Assembly (NCBI GenBank): GCA_963799485.1
Contig: CAWCXJ010000006.1
Span: forward strand, 1 to 64,000
Reading direction: 5' to 3'
DNA: 64,000 bases
DNA from: an uncultured Trueperaceae bacterium
GTDB taxonomy: Bacteria; Deinococcota; Deinococci; Deinococcales; Trueperaceae
Under the pieces are notes generated by a model. That model worked only from the letters and a program-made list of their open reading frames with translations, did no database searches and was not told the DNA's origin. Positions 1 to 11,554 of this stretch are shown here, in pieces; position 1 is the stretch's first letter, and each line of letters starts with the position of its first letter. A program made the position numbers and the translations under genes.

Positions 1-609
1 CGGTCACTGGAACAGCGTCTACAAGCGCTTTGACAGGTGGAGCGAACGAGGGATATGGCAGGAGATGTTTGAGCACTTTGCTGACGATCCTGATATAGAA
101 AATGTGATGCTGGACAGTAGCGTGATTCGGGCTCATGCGTGTTCGGCGGGTGCGACACGTAAAAAGGGGGGCAAAAGGCGCAAGCACTCGGCTATAGCCG
201 GGGCGGGTTTGGTACCAAAGTCCACGTCACCGTCGATGCGCTAGGCAATCCGCTACGGCTGCTTTTAACTGCGGGTCAAGTCCATGAAGCACCTTATGCT
301 AAAGCGTTACTCGAAGGTTATGAAGCCGAGTTTGTGCTGGGCGACAAAGCCTATGACGCCCAGCATAGCCGCGACACCATCACCGCGCTGAGTGCAGAAG
401 CGGTTATCCCACCCAAGCAAAACCGCAAAGAGCAACCTGAGTACGACCAAGAGCTGTACAAAGAGCGGCACCTCACCGAGTGCTTTATCGGCAAGCTCAA
501 ATACTATAGGCGTTGCTTCTCTCGCTTCGATAAGCTTGCTCGCAACTACCTTGGCTTCTTACACTTCGCTTCGGCACTCATCTGGCTGCGGTGAAATGTC
601 AACAGAACC
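1..609 (+). mobile_element. IS5-family insertion sequence (IS427/IS1031-like), 5' end outside window; transposase split over two frames
   Basis: Frame 2 (2-244) reads GHWNSVYKRFDRWSERGIW...MLDSSVIRAH. The -1 frame from ~181 to the TGA at 592-594 reads QALGYSRGGFGTKVH...GDKAYD...YKERHLTECFIGKLKYYRR...RFDKLARNYLGF. An A5G6 run at 161-171 sits at the junction. Putative right TIR (AATGTCAACAGAACC, 595-609) is followed by TAG. Confidence 0.9.
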
Positions 610-639
610 TAGGCCCACTAGGGCCGGGCTCGTTCCCGT

Positions 640-1144
640 ACTAGGACAGAGCCGCGAGTACGGCTGGGCAGCAAGCTGTGAGCGTGTTTGCAATACAAAA
701 GCTAAAGGCCAGAAAGAACGGGTTAGTTTGATTGCTGCAACCAGCTTGGACGGTATGATGGCAGAGCAAACGCTGGTCGTCTCGGACACGGTCAACAAAA
801 ATGCTTTCCTGGCTTTCCTCGAGTCCGTCCTGCTACCAACCCTTGCTAAAGGCAGCATTTTAGTTTTAGATAACTGGACTGTTCACCATGGTGAAGAGGT
901 TAGAGAACTGGTCGAACGCTTCGGTTGTGAACTCTTATATCTGCCGACCTACTCACCCGACCTAAACCCCATCGAACACCTTTTTGCTAAGCTCAAAGCC
1001 TTCATCAAAAGCCTGCGGCCTGACACGCAAGGCAACCTCATTCAAGCCTTTTGTGAAGCAGTCAAAACCGTGACTCCTATGCAAGTCCTCAATACCTTCG
1101 AGCATTGTGGTTATGAGGTGGAGCAGTAATTAGTGGAAATGCTA
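640..1144 (+). mobile_element. IS630-family transposase, C-terminal remnant (DDE_3), interrupted upstream by the IS5 element
   Basis: LGQSREYGWA...ILVLDNWTVHH...LYLPTYSPDLNPIEHLFAKLK are IS630 DDE motifs, stop at 1129. Putative right end CAGTAATTAGTGGAAATGC is followed by TA at 1143-1144 (IS630 targets TA). Confidence 0.85.
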
Positions 1145-2211
1145 AGCGTATAAATCTCCATTGCGACCCGTTCATTTGTGTGATCCAGACGTTTCGCGGT
1201 GATCTTCGGGCTGTAACGCCCTTCACGCAAAAGTTACGCCGTAAAATGGGTGTTGCTCACTTTACGCATCTCGTGCAGCGTGCTGGGCGTGAAGCCTAGC
1301 GCTTCTATCAGTGAGTCCCGCGCCCGGTAGACGTTTCGGGGTGTAAGCGAGTGCCCGTTCCAACTTGGAAACATGAGGTTGTTCGGTTCGTACCCTTCAC
1401 GCTCGGCAGCGCGGTTCATTCGGGCCATCTGGGTGCGGAACACCGCTGCAAGCTCGTCGGTGATCGGAATGACCCGGACGCTCGCCGGGGTTTTGGGTGT
1501 GTCGTGGTGTTCGCTCCCCTTGCCGTAATGCACGATCTGCTCGGTGATGTTCAGGACGAACTGAGCCCGACCCTTGACAGCGACACTTGAGAGCGCTTCG
1601 CGGCGCAGACCCAACAGCTCTCTACGGCGCAGCCCGGCCTCGAGCGCCGTAAAAAACAGCGGATACATGATGTTTTTAGGATGGGTGGGCCTCATAGCGG
1701 ACTCTCGCGAGGTTCAAAAATGCTTGCACCTGCTCGATACTCCATAGCGGATTGACCTTGCGCTTCGTTCCGGGCGGTCGTTTGATGTTATCCACGTCGT
1801 CACGTGAGACCAGGTGCAGGCGTCCGGCAGCCACCTCGGGCCGCTCTGTACCCGCTGCACGTCCTCGAGGGTCAGGGCCGAGAGCGCGAGTGAGCCGAGC
1901 GCAGGCTCGACGTTGCGGTTCCACATCTCGAGGTCGAAGATCGTCTTGGCCTTGTTGCCCTTGACCGAACGCTTATGCTGCACGAACTCGGCGAAGAGTT
2001 CTGTCACCGTATCGGCTTGTACGGGTACATTTTCGAGCCGCGCGACTTTCGCGTCGAGGTCTGCCGACGCTGCCGCTTTGGTCGGCCCGTAACCCGATAC
2101 CGGTTTAGAAGTCCCGTCCGGCAGGTGAGCCGTGCCCCGGTCGCGGTAGCGAGTGCCGGGGGTTCTGGCCTGAGCCCAGAGCTTAGCTGTTGATTTGCGG
2201 GCTCTGGGCAT
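1145..2211 (-). pseudogene. Tyrosine recombinase/phage integrase pseudogene
   Basis: Fragments in three frames: N-terminal arm/SAM-like part (1714-2211) and catalytic part (ALEAGLRRRELLGL...TPKTPASVRVIP...TLHEMR). After an in-frame TAA at 1234-1236 it continues LLREGRYSPKITAKRLDHTNERVAMEIYTL (catalytic H and Y), then is cut by the IS630 end. Confidence 0.85.
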
Positions 2212-2217
2212 GGGTGT

Positions 2218-2742
2218 TTAGGGGTTGGTCTCGGCGCTGTAGGGCTCGAGCCACGGTTGCGAATCGGCTTTTGCCGAGACCGGATTATCGCCTGGGTCGC
2301 CGACGTGGATATTTAGACCCGAACGAATCTGCACAAAGCCATTACCGCCAAAAACGTAATTCGGCGTAATCTCTAAAAACACACTGACGGCGCTTGCGGC
2401 GTCGAAGTCCAAACCGACAAAGCCGTCGATATAGACTCCCCCCGCGCTGCCCTCTGCGGCGTAACCGAGACCCGCACCGGTATAAAACACGATGCTGTCA
2501 CCAAAAGCGTAAAGCCCGTCAAGTCCTCCCTGCACAAACGAGTCCGCGCCATCTGAACCGAACTGCGCGAGCGCCCGGATTCCGAAGTCGTCATAAAGGT
2601 TGTAGGTGCCGAACTGAAGACCCGCAAGCCCGGTGGCGACTTCGCCGTTGTAGGCCACGCCGCCGGGAAAACCAAAGAAAAACCGCGCCTGCGCCGACGC
2701 AAAAAGAGCGAGCAGAACGGCGGCAAAAATGAGTTTACGCAT
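2218..2742 (-). CDS. Exported protein, probable small outer-membrane beta-barrel
   Basis: Signal peptide (MRKLIFAAVLLALFASAQA), Gly/aromatic alternating strands (FYTGAGLGY, VFLEITPNYVF), SD AAGGAG upstream. Confidence 0.65.
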   Translation of the reverse strand: MRKLIFAAVLLALFASAQARFFFGFPGGVAYNGEVATGLAGLQFGTYNLYDDFGIRALAQFGSDGADSFVQGGLDGLYAFGDSIVFYTGAGLGYAAEGSAGGVYIDGFVGLDFDAASAVSVFLEITPNYVFGGNGFVQIRSGLNIHVGDPGDNPVSAKADSQPWLEPYSAETNP

Positions 2743-3013
2743 AGGGACAACCCTCCTTAGGTTGTGCCTTAGGCGTAGGAATAAAGTGCAGGGCGGGTAG
2801 TAAAGAAGTTGGCATTTTTAAGAGTGGTTGCCGTTGATGACCTCGAGCCAGGTCAAGTGGTTCGAATAACTTTCGAGTAGCGCTTCCTCGCTTGTAATCC
2901 CACTCGAGCCCTGGTCCCGAGGGGTTGCCCGTAAAATCCCTACAGCGCGAGCAGCGGGTTGCGCTTTCCAAACGGCTACCAAAATCCACCTCAGCCCGTG
3001 CTAGCCTAAAGTC

Positions 3014-4483
3014 ATGCCAAGAGGCAGCAGGCTGACGTTCGACCGGGGAACGCTTGTGTTGCACCCGCCACCCAAAGGCAAAAGCTGGGTGGACTTTGTG
3101 ACGTGGGACGACCGCACCGAAAAGTTTCGGCTGCCTGCGTTTCACTACCGGGGTTTGCTCGAGGCCATGCGCGCCGAAGGTGTCGCGGTCACGGACAAAG
3201 CAAAGGGTTTTACGGCGCTTGAGCTTAAAGTGGGGCTCGAGCAAACCCCCTATCCGCACCAGCAAGAAGCACTAGCCGCGTGGCAGCAGGCCGGACGGCG
3301 CGGCGTCGTCGTCTTGCCGACGGGTGCGGGTAAAACCTATCTGGCACAGCTCGCCATGCAAACGACGCCCCGCAGCACGCTCGTTTTGGTACCTACCCTA
3401 GACCTGATGCATCAGTGGTACGCGCACCTCACCGCAGCTTTTCCCGACGCCGAGGTCGGACTGTTGGGCGGCGGCTCGAAAGACCGCACCGCAATTCTCG
3501 TCTCGACGTATGACAGCGCCGCGATTCACGCCGAAACGCTGGGCAACCGCTACGGTTTGCTGATTTTCGACGAATGCCACCACCTGCCGAGCGAATTTTA
3601 CCGGGTCGTCGCCGAGTACTCGCTCGCGCCCTACCGGTTGGGTCTAAGCGCCACACCCGAACGCAGTGACGGCAAGCACGAGACGTTAGGCGTGCTTATC
3701 GGGCCTATCGTTTACCGCAAAGAACCCGAAGATTTAGCGGGTGGTGCGTTGGCCGAACACCGCGTGGTGCAGCTCAAGGTCAAGCTCTCTGCGGAAGAAC
3801 GCAGCCGTTACGACGCGTGTATCGCTACGCGCAACGCTTTTTTGGGCAAACGTGGAATTCGGCTGGGGACGCTCGCGGGCTGGAGCTACTTCGTCCGCGA
3901 GAGCGCCCGCTCGTCAGAAGGCCGCGCCGCCATGCTCGCCCACCGTGAAGCGCGGACTTTGGCTTTCGGCACCGAAGGCAAACTGCGCGTATTGGCCGAC
4001 CTCTTGGCGCAGCACCACGGTGACAGGACGCTCGTTTTTACCGATGACAATGCGACCGTTTACCGTGTGTCGCAGGACTTTCTGCTCCCGGCGATCACCC
4101 ACCAGACCAAGGTCAAAGAGCGTCATGAAACGCTGAGCAAGTTTCGTTCGGGTGAGTATCCGGTACTTGTCACCTCGAAGGTCTTAAACGAAGGCGTCGA
4201 TGTGCCGGAGGCGAAAGTGGCGATTGTCCTTTCCGGGACGGGCTCGAGCCGCGAATACGTCCAGCGTTTGGGCCGTATTTTACGGCGGGGTGAGGGCAAG
4301 CTGGCGCTCTTGTACGAAGTTGTTGCCGAAGACACGAGCGAAGAGGGCGTGTCGAAACGGCGACGTGAACGGCCCGGTTCGGTTGCGGCTGCGTCCAAGG
4401 CCGCAGCCGGTAAATCGCCTGCCCAGCGCACGTTGTTCGCCCCCATTTCTGAAAGCGACGCGCTCGAGCTCGATGAGATTTGA
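3014..4483 (+). CDS. SF2 DEAD/DEAH helicase, XPB/Rad25 (Ssl2)-like
   Basis: LPTGAGKT, DECHH, LGLSATPER, LNEGVDVP and QRLGRILR motifs; adjacent to DUF790. Confidence 0.92.
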   Translation: MPRGSRLTFDRGTLVLHPPPKGKSWVDFVTWDDRTEKFRLPAFHYRGLLEAMRAEGVAVTDKAKGFTALELKVGLEQTPYPHQQEALAAWQQAGRRGVVVLPTGAGKTYLAQLAMQTTPRSTLVLVPTLDLMHQWYAHLTAAFPDAEVGLLGGGSKDRTAILVSTYDSAAIHAETLGNRYGLLIFDECHHLPSEFYRVVAEYSLAPYRLGLSATPERSDGKHETLGVLIGPIVYRKEPEDLAGGALAEHRVVQLKVKLSAEERSRYDACIATRNAFLGKRGIRLGTLAGWSYFVRESARSSEGRAAMLAHREARTLAFGTEGKLRVLADLLAQHHGDRTLVFTDDNATVYRVSQDFLLPAITHQTKVKERHETLSKFRSGEYPVLVTSKVLNEGVDVPEAKVAIVLSGTGSSREYVQRLGRILRRGEGKLALLYEVVAEDTSEEGVSKRRRERPGSVAAASKAAAGKSPAQRTLFAPISESDALELDEI

Positions 4484-4590
4484 AGATTCGGATACGGAGA
4501 CTTGGAACAGAAAAAGTCGTAACGGGGACAACATGACAGATTTAGACGTGATTTCAAAAGCAGCGCTGCCGACAAGTTCAGGACAAGCCT

Positions 4591-5817
4591 ATGCTCCCGA
4601 CTGAACTGCTGATGTTTCGCTACAGCGGCGAAGAGCTGTTGCCCAAACGCCTGAAGCACGACAAAACGACCCTGTTGATAGCGCAAGACATCATCGGTCT
4701 GTTCGAGCGGCATAAGGGGCAGCGGCGCGGCGAGCTGGATGAACAGTTGGAAGTGCTCGAGGGTGAAGCCACCGACTACCGCATGAAACGGGGTTTGGCA
4801 CATCTGCTCCGGAGTGGTTTTAGCACCTTTGAAACGGTGAGTCCTGTGGAGCCGCCCCTCCTGCGTGAACGCGTTTTCTCTCTTGCTGCCGCCGGGTTGC
4901 CGAGTCCGCAAAGAGCTAAAGCAACGCTTGAACGCGCCGCCGCCGCCCTCAGCGCCGAGCTTGGGCGCGAAGTTCACCCCGAAGAGGTCACGCGCGGGCT
5001 TTACGCCGACTTAGCCGAAAATCAGCGCCTGACCGACTTCGAGCCGCCCGACCCGAAAGCGCTCGTAGACCGTTACAACCTCTCGCAAGTGCAGGGCGTC
5101 TTGTACCGCGCCAAGCACGTGACGATCAACGCGCACCGCAACGACCCCGGTGAATATAAACTGCTCTTTCGTTACCTCAAACTGTTCGGCCTGATGAGCT
5201 ATATCGAAGGAGACGCCGACCACGGCTTTACGATTACTGTAGACGGCCCGGCGAGTCTTTTCGGCGGCAGCACCCGCTACGGGCTGGCGCTTGCCAAACT
5301 GCTTCCGGCGCTTTTACACGTCACCCGCTGGAGCCTCGAGGCCGACCTTATGCCGCGTACCCTTTACGACGGCACGACCACGCCCGCGAGGTTTACGCTC
5401 GAGTCGGGTTGTGGTCTCGTCTCCCACTACCCGCCCGGCAAGACGTACGACAGCATGGTCGAGGCGTCGTTCGCTGAGCGCTGGAGCAAAGCCAAAACCG
5501 AGTGGCAGCTCGAGCGTGAAGTCGACCTCGTGAGCATTCCCGGCAGTGTGATGGTTCCGGACTTTCGGCTCGTTCACCCCGACGGGCGTTCGTATCTGCT
5601 CGAGATCGTCGGGTACTGGCGACCTGAATACCTCAAAAAAAAGTTTGCCCAGGTCAAAAAAGCGCTGCGCGACGACCTCATCTTGGCGGTGTCTGAGAAG
5701 CTCAACTTGGGCGGAACAGGAATTAAACTCGACGACATCCCGGCAAAAATCGTCTGGTTTAAGGACAAACTGATTCCGAAGTCGGTGTTGTCGCTGTTGC
5801 CGCAAGACCCAGGCTAA
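4591..5817 (+). CDS. DUF790 family protein (Bax1-like PD-(D/E)xK endonuclease)
   Basis: MLPTELL start, LYADL, RYNLSQVQGVLY, DGPASLF...RYG, YDSMVEASFA, PDF...LEIVGYWRPEYL motifs typical of DUF790. Confidence 0.9.
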   Translation: MLPTELLMFRYSGEELLPKRLKHDKTTLLIAQDIIGLFERHKGQRRGELDEQLEVLEGEATDYRMKRGLAHLLRSGFSTFETVSPVEPPLLRERVFSLAAAGLPSPQRAKATLERAAAALSAELGREVHPEEVTRGLYADLAENQRLTDFEPPDPKALVDRYNLSQVQGVLYRAKHVTINAHRNDPGEYKLLFRYLKLFGLMSYIEGDADHGFTITVDGPASLFGGSTRYGLALAKLLPALLHVTRWSLEADLMPRTLYDGTTTPARFTLESGCGLVSHYPPGKTYDSMVEASFAERWSKAKTEWQLEREVDLVSIPGSVMVPDFRLVHPDGRSYLLEIVGYWRPEYLKKKFAQVKKALRDDLILAVSEKLNLGGTGIKLDDIPAKIVWFKDKLIPKSVLSLLPQDPG

Positions 5818-7640
5818 CCGACCGGTACAGTCTCTCCCCGAAACTGCTTTCGGTACAGCTCGGCGTACACGCCGCCCTGCGCCATAAGCTGCTCGTGCGT
5901 TCCCTGCTGCACGGTGCGCCCATCGTCTAGAACGATAATCTGGTCGGCGCTGCGAATCGTAGACAAGCGGTGAGCGATGACAAACACCGTGCGGCCTGCC
6001 ATCAGCGTATCTAGAGCTTCTTGTACCAAAGACTCGGATTCGGAATCGAGTGAACTCGTCGCTTCGTCCAGAATCAAGATGCGCGGGTCTTTAAGGAGTG
6101 CTCGTGCAATCGCCACGCGCTGACGCTGCCCGCCCGAGAGTTTGATGCCGCGCTCGCCCACAACCGTTTCGTAGCCGTCTGGAAACGCCGAGATAAAGCC
6201 GTGGGCGTTGGCAGCCTGTGCCGCAGATTCGACCTCCGCGTCCGTGGCGCCGGGCCTGCCGTAACGGATGTTGTCGCGCACCGTCCCCGAAAAAAGCTGC
6301 GTCTCTTGCGGGACGATACCGATGTGGGCGCGAAGCGCAAGCTCATCCAACTCGTGCAAATCCACGCCGTCCAAGGTGATGCGTCCGGCGGTCGGGTCGT
6401 AAAACCGGGGGATGAGCGACACCAGCGTGCTTTTGCCTGCGCCCGAAGGCCCGACGAGCGCCGTAATCTCACCGGGTTGGGCGGTGAGCGCGATGTGGTG
6501 AAGGACAGCCCGTTTGCCGCGCGTGTCGGCAGCGTCCGTTTCCGCGCCGTAACGAAACGACACGTTTTCAAAACGCACGAGGCCGCGCACTTTGTTCAGG
6601 GGCCGAGGTAAGGCGGGTGCGGACAGGTCACTCTTTTCTTCCAGAAGTTCAAAAATGCGTTTGGACGCGCCGAGCGCCTCTTGGAACTGGCTGTAAAGTC
6701 CGGTCAGTGAACCCACTGCGCCGGCGACGAAAAGCGTATAGAGGAGAAACTGCACCAGCTGTCCGGGCGTCAGTCCGCCACTTGTAACGAGCCGCCCGCC
6801 GACGTAGAGCACGACGCTAACCGCGCTGAACATGGCAAAGATGATACCGGAAAAAAACGCGGCCCGAAACGCGGCCCGTTTTAGGGCGATACGGTACGAG
6901 GCGTTGATTAAGGTGCCGTAACGCTCGGACTCGAGCCCTTCTGCCGTAAACGATTTGACGACCCGTACTGAGGTGATGGCCTCTTCCGCGCTTGCGTTCG
7001 CCTCGGCTATGCGGTCTTGAAACTCGGTGCTAAGAGCCCGCAGTTTGCGCCCGAAGATGCGCGCGCCGAACATCACCACCGGGACGACCAAAAGCATCAA
7101 TAAGGTCAACTGCCAGTTGGTCACGAACAAAAGCACAATACTGCCGACTAAAAGCGCCGTTTGATTGACAAGCTGCGCCAGCGCCTGCGACACCGCGCCC
7201 TGCACCACCGACGCGTCCGAGGTGAGCCGTGAGGTAATCTCCCCGGTGCGGCGCGTTTCAAAAAAACGAATCGGCAGGCTCATCAGGTGTTGGTAAAGAC
7301 GCCGGCGCAAATCGGCAACGACGCCCTCGCCGACCTGGGCAATCATATAGGTACGCAAAAAGTTAAACGCCGCTTGTACCAGAAATATCCCCAGCAAAAT
7401 CACGACGATACGGTTTAAGTTGGGCAGTGAAGCAGTATCCGACGCGACGAAGGTATCGAAAAAGCGCCGGACGACTTGCGGGACGGCGAGCGACAAGAGG
7501 CTTGCGACCCCCACGGCAAGCATCCCAATAATGAGTTGCAGCCGGTAGGGGCGGGTATAGGCGAAAAGCTTGCGGAGCTGACCGAAATCCGAAAATGAGC
7601 CTTTGGTTTCAGGGGAGGAGATACGGGGACGCGAACGCAT
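5814..7640 (-). CDS. ABC exporter, fused permease/ATPase (MsbA-like)
   Basis: Six-TM N-terminal domain, GPSGAGKS, LSGGQRQR, ILDEATSSLD. Confidence 0.93.
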   Translation of the reverse strand: MRSRPRISSPETKGSFSDFGQLRKLFAYTRPYRLQLIIGMLAVGVASLLSLAVPQVVRRFFDTFVASDTASLPNLNRIVVILLGIFLVQAAFNFLRTYMIAQVGEGVVADLRRRLYQHLMSLPIRFFETRRTGEITSRLTSDASVVQGAVSQALAQLVNQTALLVGSIVLLFVTNWQLTLLMLLVVPVVMFGARIFGRKLRALSTEFQDRIAEANASAEEAITSVRVVKSFTAEGLESERYGTLINASYRIALKRAAFRAAFFSGIIFAMFSAVSVVLYVGGRLVTSGGLTPGQLVQFLLYTLFVAGAVGSLTGLYSQFQEALGASKRIFELLEEKSDLSAPALPRPLNKVRGLVRFENVSFRYGAETDAADTRGKRAVLHHIALTAQPGEITALVGPSGAGKSTLVSLIPRFYDPTAGRITLDGVDLHELDELALRAHIGIVPQETQLFSGTVRDNIRYGRPGATDAEVESAAQAANAHGFISAFPDGYETVVGERGIKLSGGQRQRVAIARALLKDPRILILDEATSSLDSESESLVQEALDTLMAGRTVFVIAHRLSTIRSADQIIVLDDGRTVQQGTHEQLMAQGGVYAELYRKQFRGETVPVG

Positions 7641-7757
7641 TAATGGCAGTTTACGCCTGCTTATCTAAGAGTTTCGTTGCGGTGCTGCATAACGGGCGCG
7701 GGCGACGCTACCCGTGCGGGCGGGTTCACCCTGGACGGCTCTGCTTGTTAGGCTTAG

Positions 7758-9480
<1,723 letters not shown>

Positions 9481-9489
9481 GGCCAAACG

Positions 9490-9518
9490 AAAAGGGGGGA
9501 GACCGGCTCCCCCCTTTT
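9490..9518. terminator. Bidirectional intrinsic terminator
   Basis: AAAAGGGGGGAG-ACCGG-CTCCCCCCTTTT, perfect 12-bp inverted repeat between convergent genes. Confidence 0.85.
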
Positions 9519-9551
9519 ACTAAAAACGGAGGTTTACCCAACTTTCACTTC

Positions 9552-10397
9552 TTAGCCTTTAACCGCTCCAGCCGTAAGCCCGTCAACGATACGCGCTTGG
9601 AAGATGAGCACGAGAATCACCAGCGGAATCGACACGAGTACCGACGCCGCCATGATCTCACCGAACGGTTCTTGCCGCGCTATTCGCCCGGAAAGTTGCG
9701 CGATAGCAACCGGTACGGTTTGTGAAGCCTTATCGAACGCCGTAAAAGTCAGCGCGAACAGATATTCGTTCCACGCCCCGATAAAGGCCAGCAACCCGGT
9801 CGTGACCAGGGCAGGAGCGGTAAGTGGCAACAGAACTTGCCAGAATGTCTGCATCATGTTGGCACCGTCGACCTGCGCGGCTTGAAGCAGCGAGTCGGGT
9901 AGGGTGCGGAAAAAAGCCGTTAAGACCCATACGGTAAATGGCAAGGAGAAGAGCAGATAGGTCAGGATCAGGCTAAAAAGCGTCGGCATATTGAGAAAGC
10001 GAATAACCGCGTAAAGACCTGAAAGAATCGCGATTTGCGGAAACATGGTCATCGACAAGATGACGTAGAGCGAAACCTCTTTACCGCGAAAGCGCAGTTT
10101 GCCGAGTGCGTAACCGGCAAACGAACCGACGAGCAGTGCGAGCAGGGTCGTGATACCTGCGACGATGACGCTATTTAGCAGTCCACGTAGAAAAGCAGGG
10201 TTGCCGAGTACAGCCCGAAAGTTGATCAGACTGGGGTTGGTAGGCCACAAGGTAGCCGGGGTTTGAAAAAGCTCCCGCTCCGACTTGAGCGCCGAAACGA
10301 CCGCCCAGTAAAACGGAAACATCAGGTAGACAAAGATAAAAAAGATGAGAACCCAGAAGAGGATTCGCATCACCGGTGAGTTGTTGGCTTTGGTCAT
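9552..10397 (-). CDS. Carbohydrate ABC transporter permease (MalG/ThuG-like)
   Basis: EAA-type loop (LLQAAQVDGA), AFIGAWNEYLFAL, six TM segments. Confidence 0.92.
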   Translation of the reverse strand: MTKANNSPVMRILFWVLIFFIFVYLMFPFYWAVVSALKSERELFQTPATLWPTNPSLINFRAVLGNPAFLRGLLNSVIVAGITTLLALLVGSFAGYALGKLRFRGKEVSLYVILSMTMFPQIAILSGLYAVIRFLNMPTLFSLILTYLLFSLPFTVWVLTAFFRTLPDSLLQAAQVDGANMMQTFWQVLLPLTAPALVTTGLLAFIGAWNEYLFALTFTAFDKASQTVPVAIAQLSGRIARQEPFGEIMAASVLVSIPLVILVLIFQARIVDGLTAGAVKG

Positions 10398-11485
10398 TCT
10401 GTATCCACCTTCAGAAGACGAATGTATAAAAAGGCGAAGGCAAAGAGCACAATAAAGATAATCACGCTCGTTGCCGACGAAAAGCCCATCTGTCTGGCGC
10501 TGATAAGCTGGAAGTAGGCAAAACTTGCCATCGATTGCCGGGATTCACCGTAAATAATCTGAAAGGCGTCGAAGATACGCAGCGAGTCGAGCGTGCGGAA
10601 GACGAGCGCCACAGCGAGCGTCGGAGTCAAAAGCGGCAACGTCATCGAGAAAAACTGCTGCACCTTGGTTGCGCCGTCGATTTCAGCGGCTTCGTAAAGG
10701 TCGCTCGGGATGGTCGAGAGACCGGCCAACAAGAGGAGCGCCATAAAGGGCGTGGTTTTCCAGACCTCCATGGCGATAATCGCGGGAACCTGATACCTTG
10801 GATTACCCGTCCAGTCGACAAAACCGTCGCTGAGCCCGAGCCGGTTGAAGAGGGCGTTAAAAAAGCCTTTGCGGTCGGATGCCAGCATCCATTCCCAGAT
10901 GCGCGTCGAAACGACTGTGATAATCGCCCACGGTACCAGCATGGCGGCGCGCATGACGCCGCGTCCAAGGAACTTGGTGGCGAGTACGAGCGCAATCGCC
11001 ATACCCAAGATGGCCTCGAGCGCCACTGCAATCACAGCGACTAAGACCGTATCCCAGACCGCCTTGATAAACTCGGCGCTCGCCGCGCCCAGCACGTAGC
11101 GGTTGCCGCCAAAATTGAACTCCCAAAGAGAACTGTAACGGCGCGGTTCGCGGGGAAGAATACGAAAGGCGTTCTCGTACTGGGGTACACCGTCTTCGAC
11201 GACCGGTTGACCACTGTCGTCGAGTTCACGGGGCAGTTCGCGGATAGTAAAACTCAGCAGGTCGCGGTAGTTCGACCAGCCGACAAACTCGGTTGTTGCG
11301 TTGGGATCGGCAAAACGGGCGTTGGTAAAGCTGAGATAAAAGACCTGCCCGAGTGGATAGATGGCCAGCAGAAATAACATAGCGAAGGTAGGGAGGAGCA
11401 GCCAGAGGGCGGTGCGCTCTTCTGAGCGGGCCAGCTCCGAAGTTCCTTGAGTTTTAGTAACTGTTACCGGGTTTGCTTGAGCCAC
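10394..11485 (-). CDS. Carbohydrate ABC transporter permease (MalF/ThuF-like)
   Basis: WKTTPFMALLLLAGL...LYEAAEIDGA...FRTLDSLRIFD. Confidence 0.92.
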   Translation of the reverse strand: MAQANPVTVTKTQGTSELARSEERTALWLLLPTFAMLFLLAIYPLGQVFYLSFTNARFADPNATTEFVGWSNYRDLLSFTIRELPRELDDSGQPVVEDGVPQYENAFRILPREPRRYSSLWEFNFGGNRYVLGAASAEFIKAVWDTVLVAVIAVALEAILGMAIALVLATKFLGRGVMRAAMLVPWAIITVVSTRIWEWMLASDRKGFFNALFNRLGLSDGFVDWTGNPRYQVPAIIAMEVWKTTPFMALLLLAGLSTIPSDLYEAAEIDGATKVQQFFSMTLPLLTPTLAVALVFRTLDSLRIFDAFQIIYGESRQSMASFAYFQLISARQMGFSSATSVIIFIVLFAFAFLYIRLLKVDTE

Positions 11486-11511
11486 AGTGTGACCTCTCTT
11501 TATAGAAGACG

Positions 11512-11540
11512 TGCCGGACTCTCAAGCTATGAGTCCGGCA
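11512..11540 (-). other. Intercistronic stem-loop after the binding-protein gene (probable mRNA-stabilising hairpin)
   Basis: TGCCGGACTC-N9-GAGTCCGGCA, no U tract. Confidence 0.55.
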
Positions 11541-11554
11541 ACGACACAGTAGCT

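Noticed and set aside
392..639. N-terminal part of the 245-aa ORF 392..1129
   Set aside because: An alternative frame of the IS5 transposase fused by chance to the IS630 remnant; not a real protein.
1145..2211. Intact prophage or ICE
   Set aside because: The integrase is multiply disrupted and no other phage or conjugation genes are present in the window.
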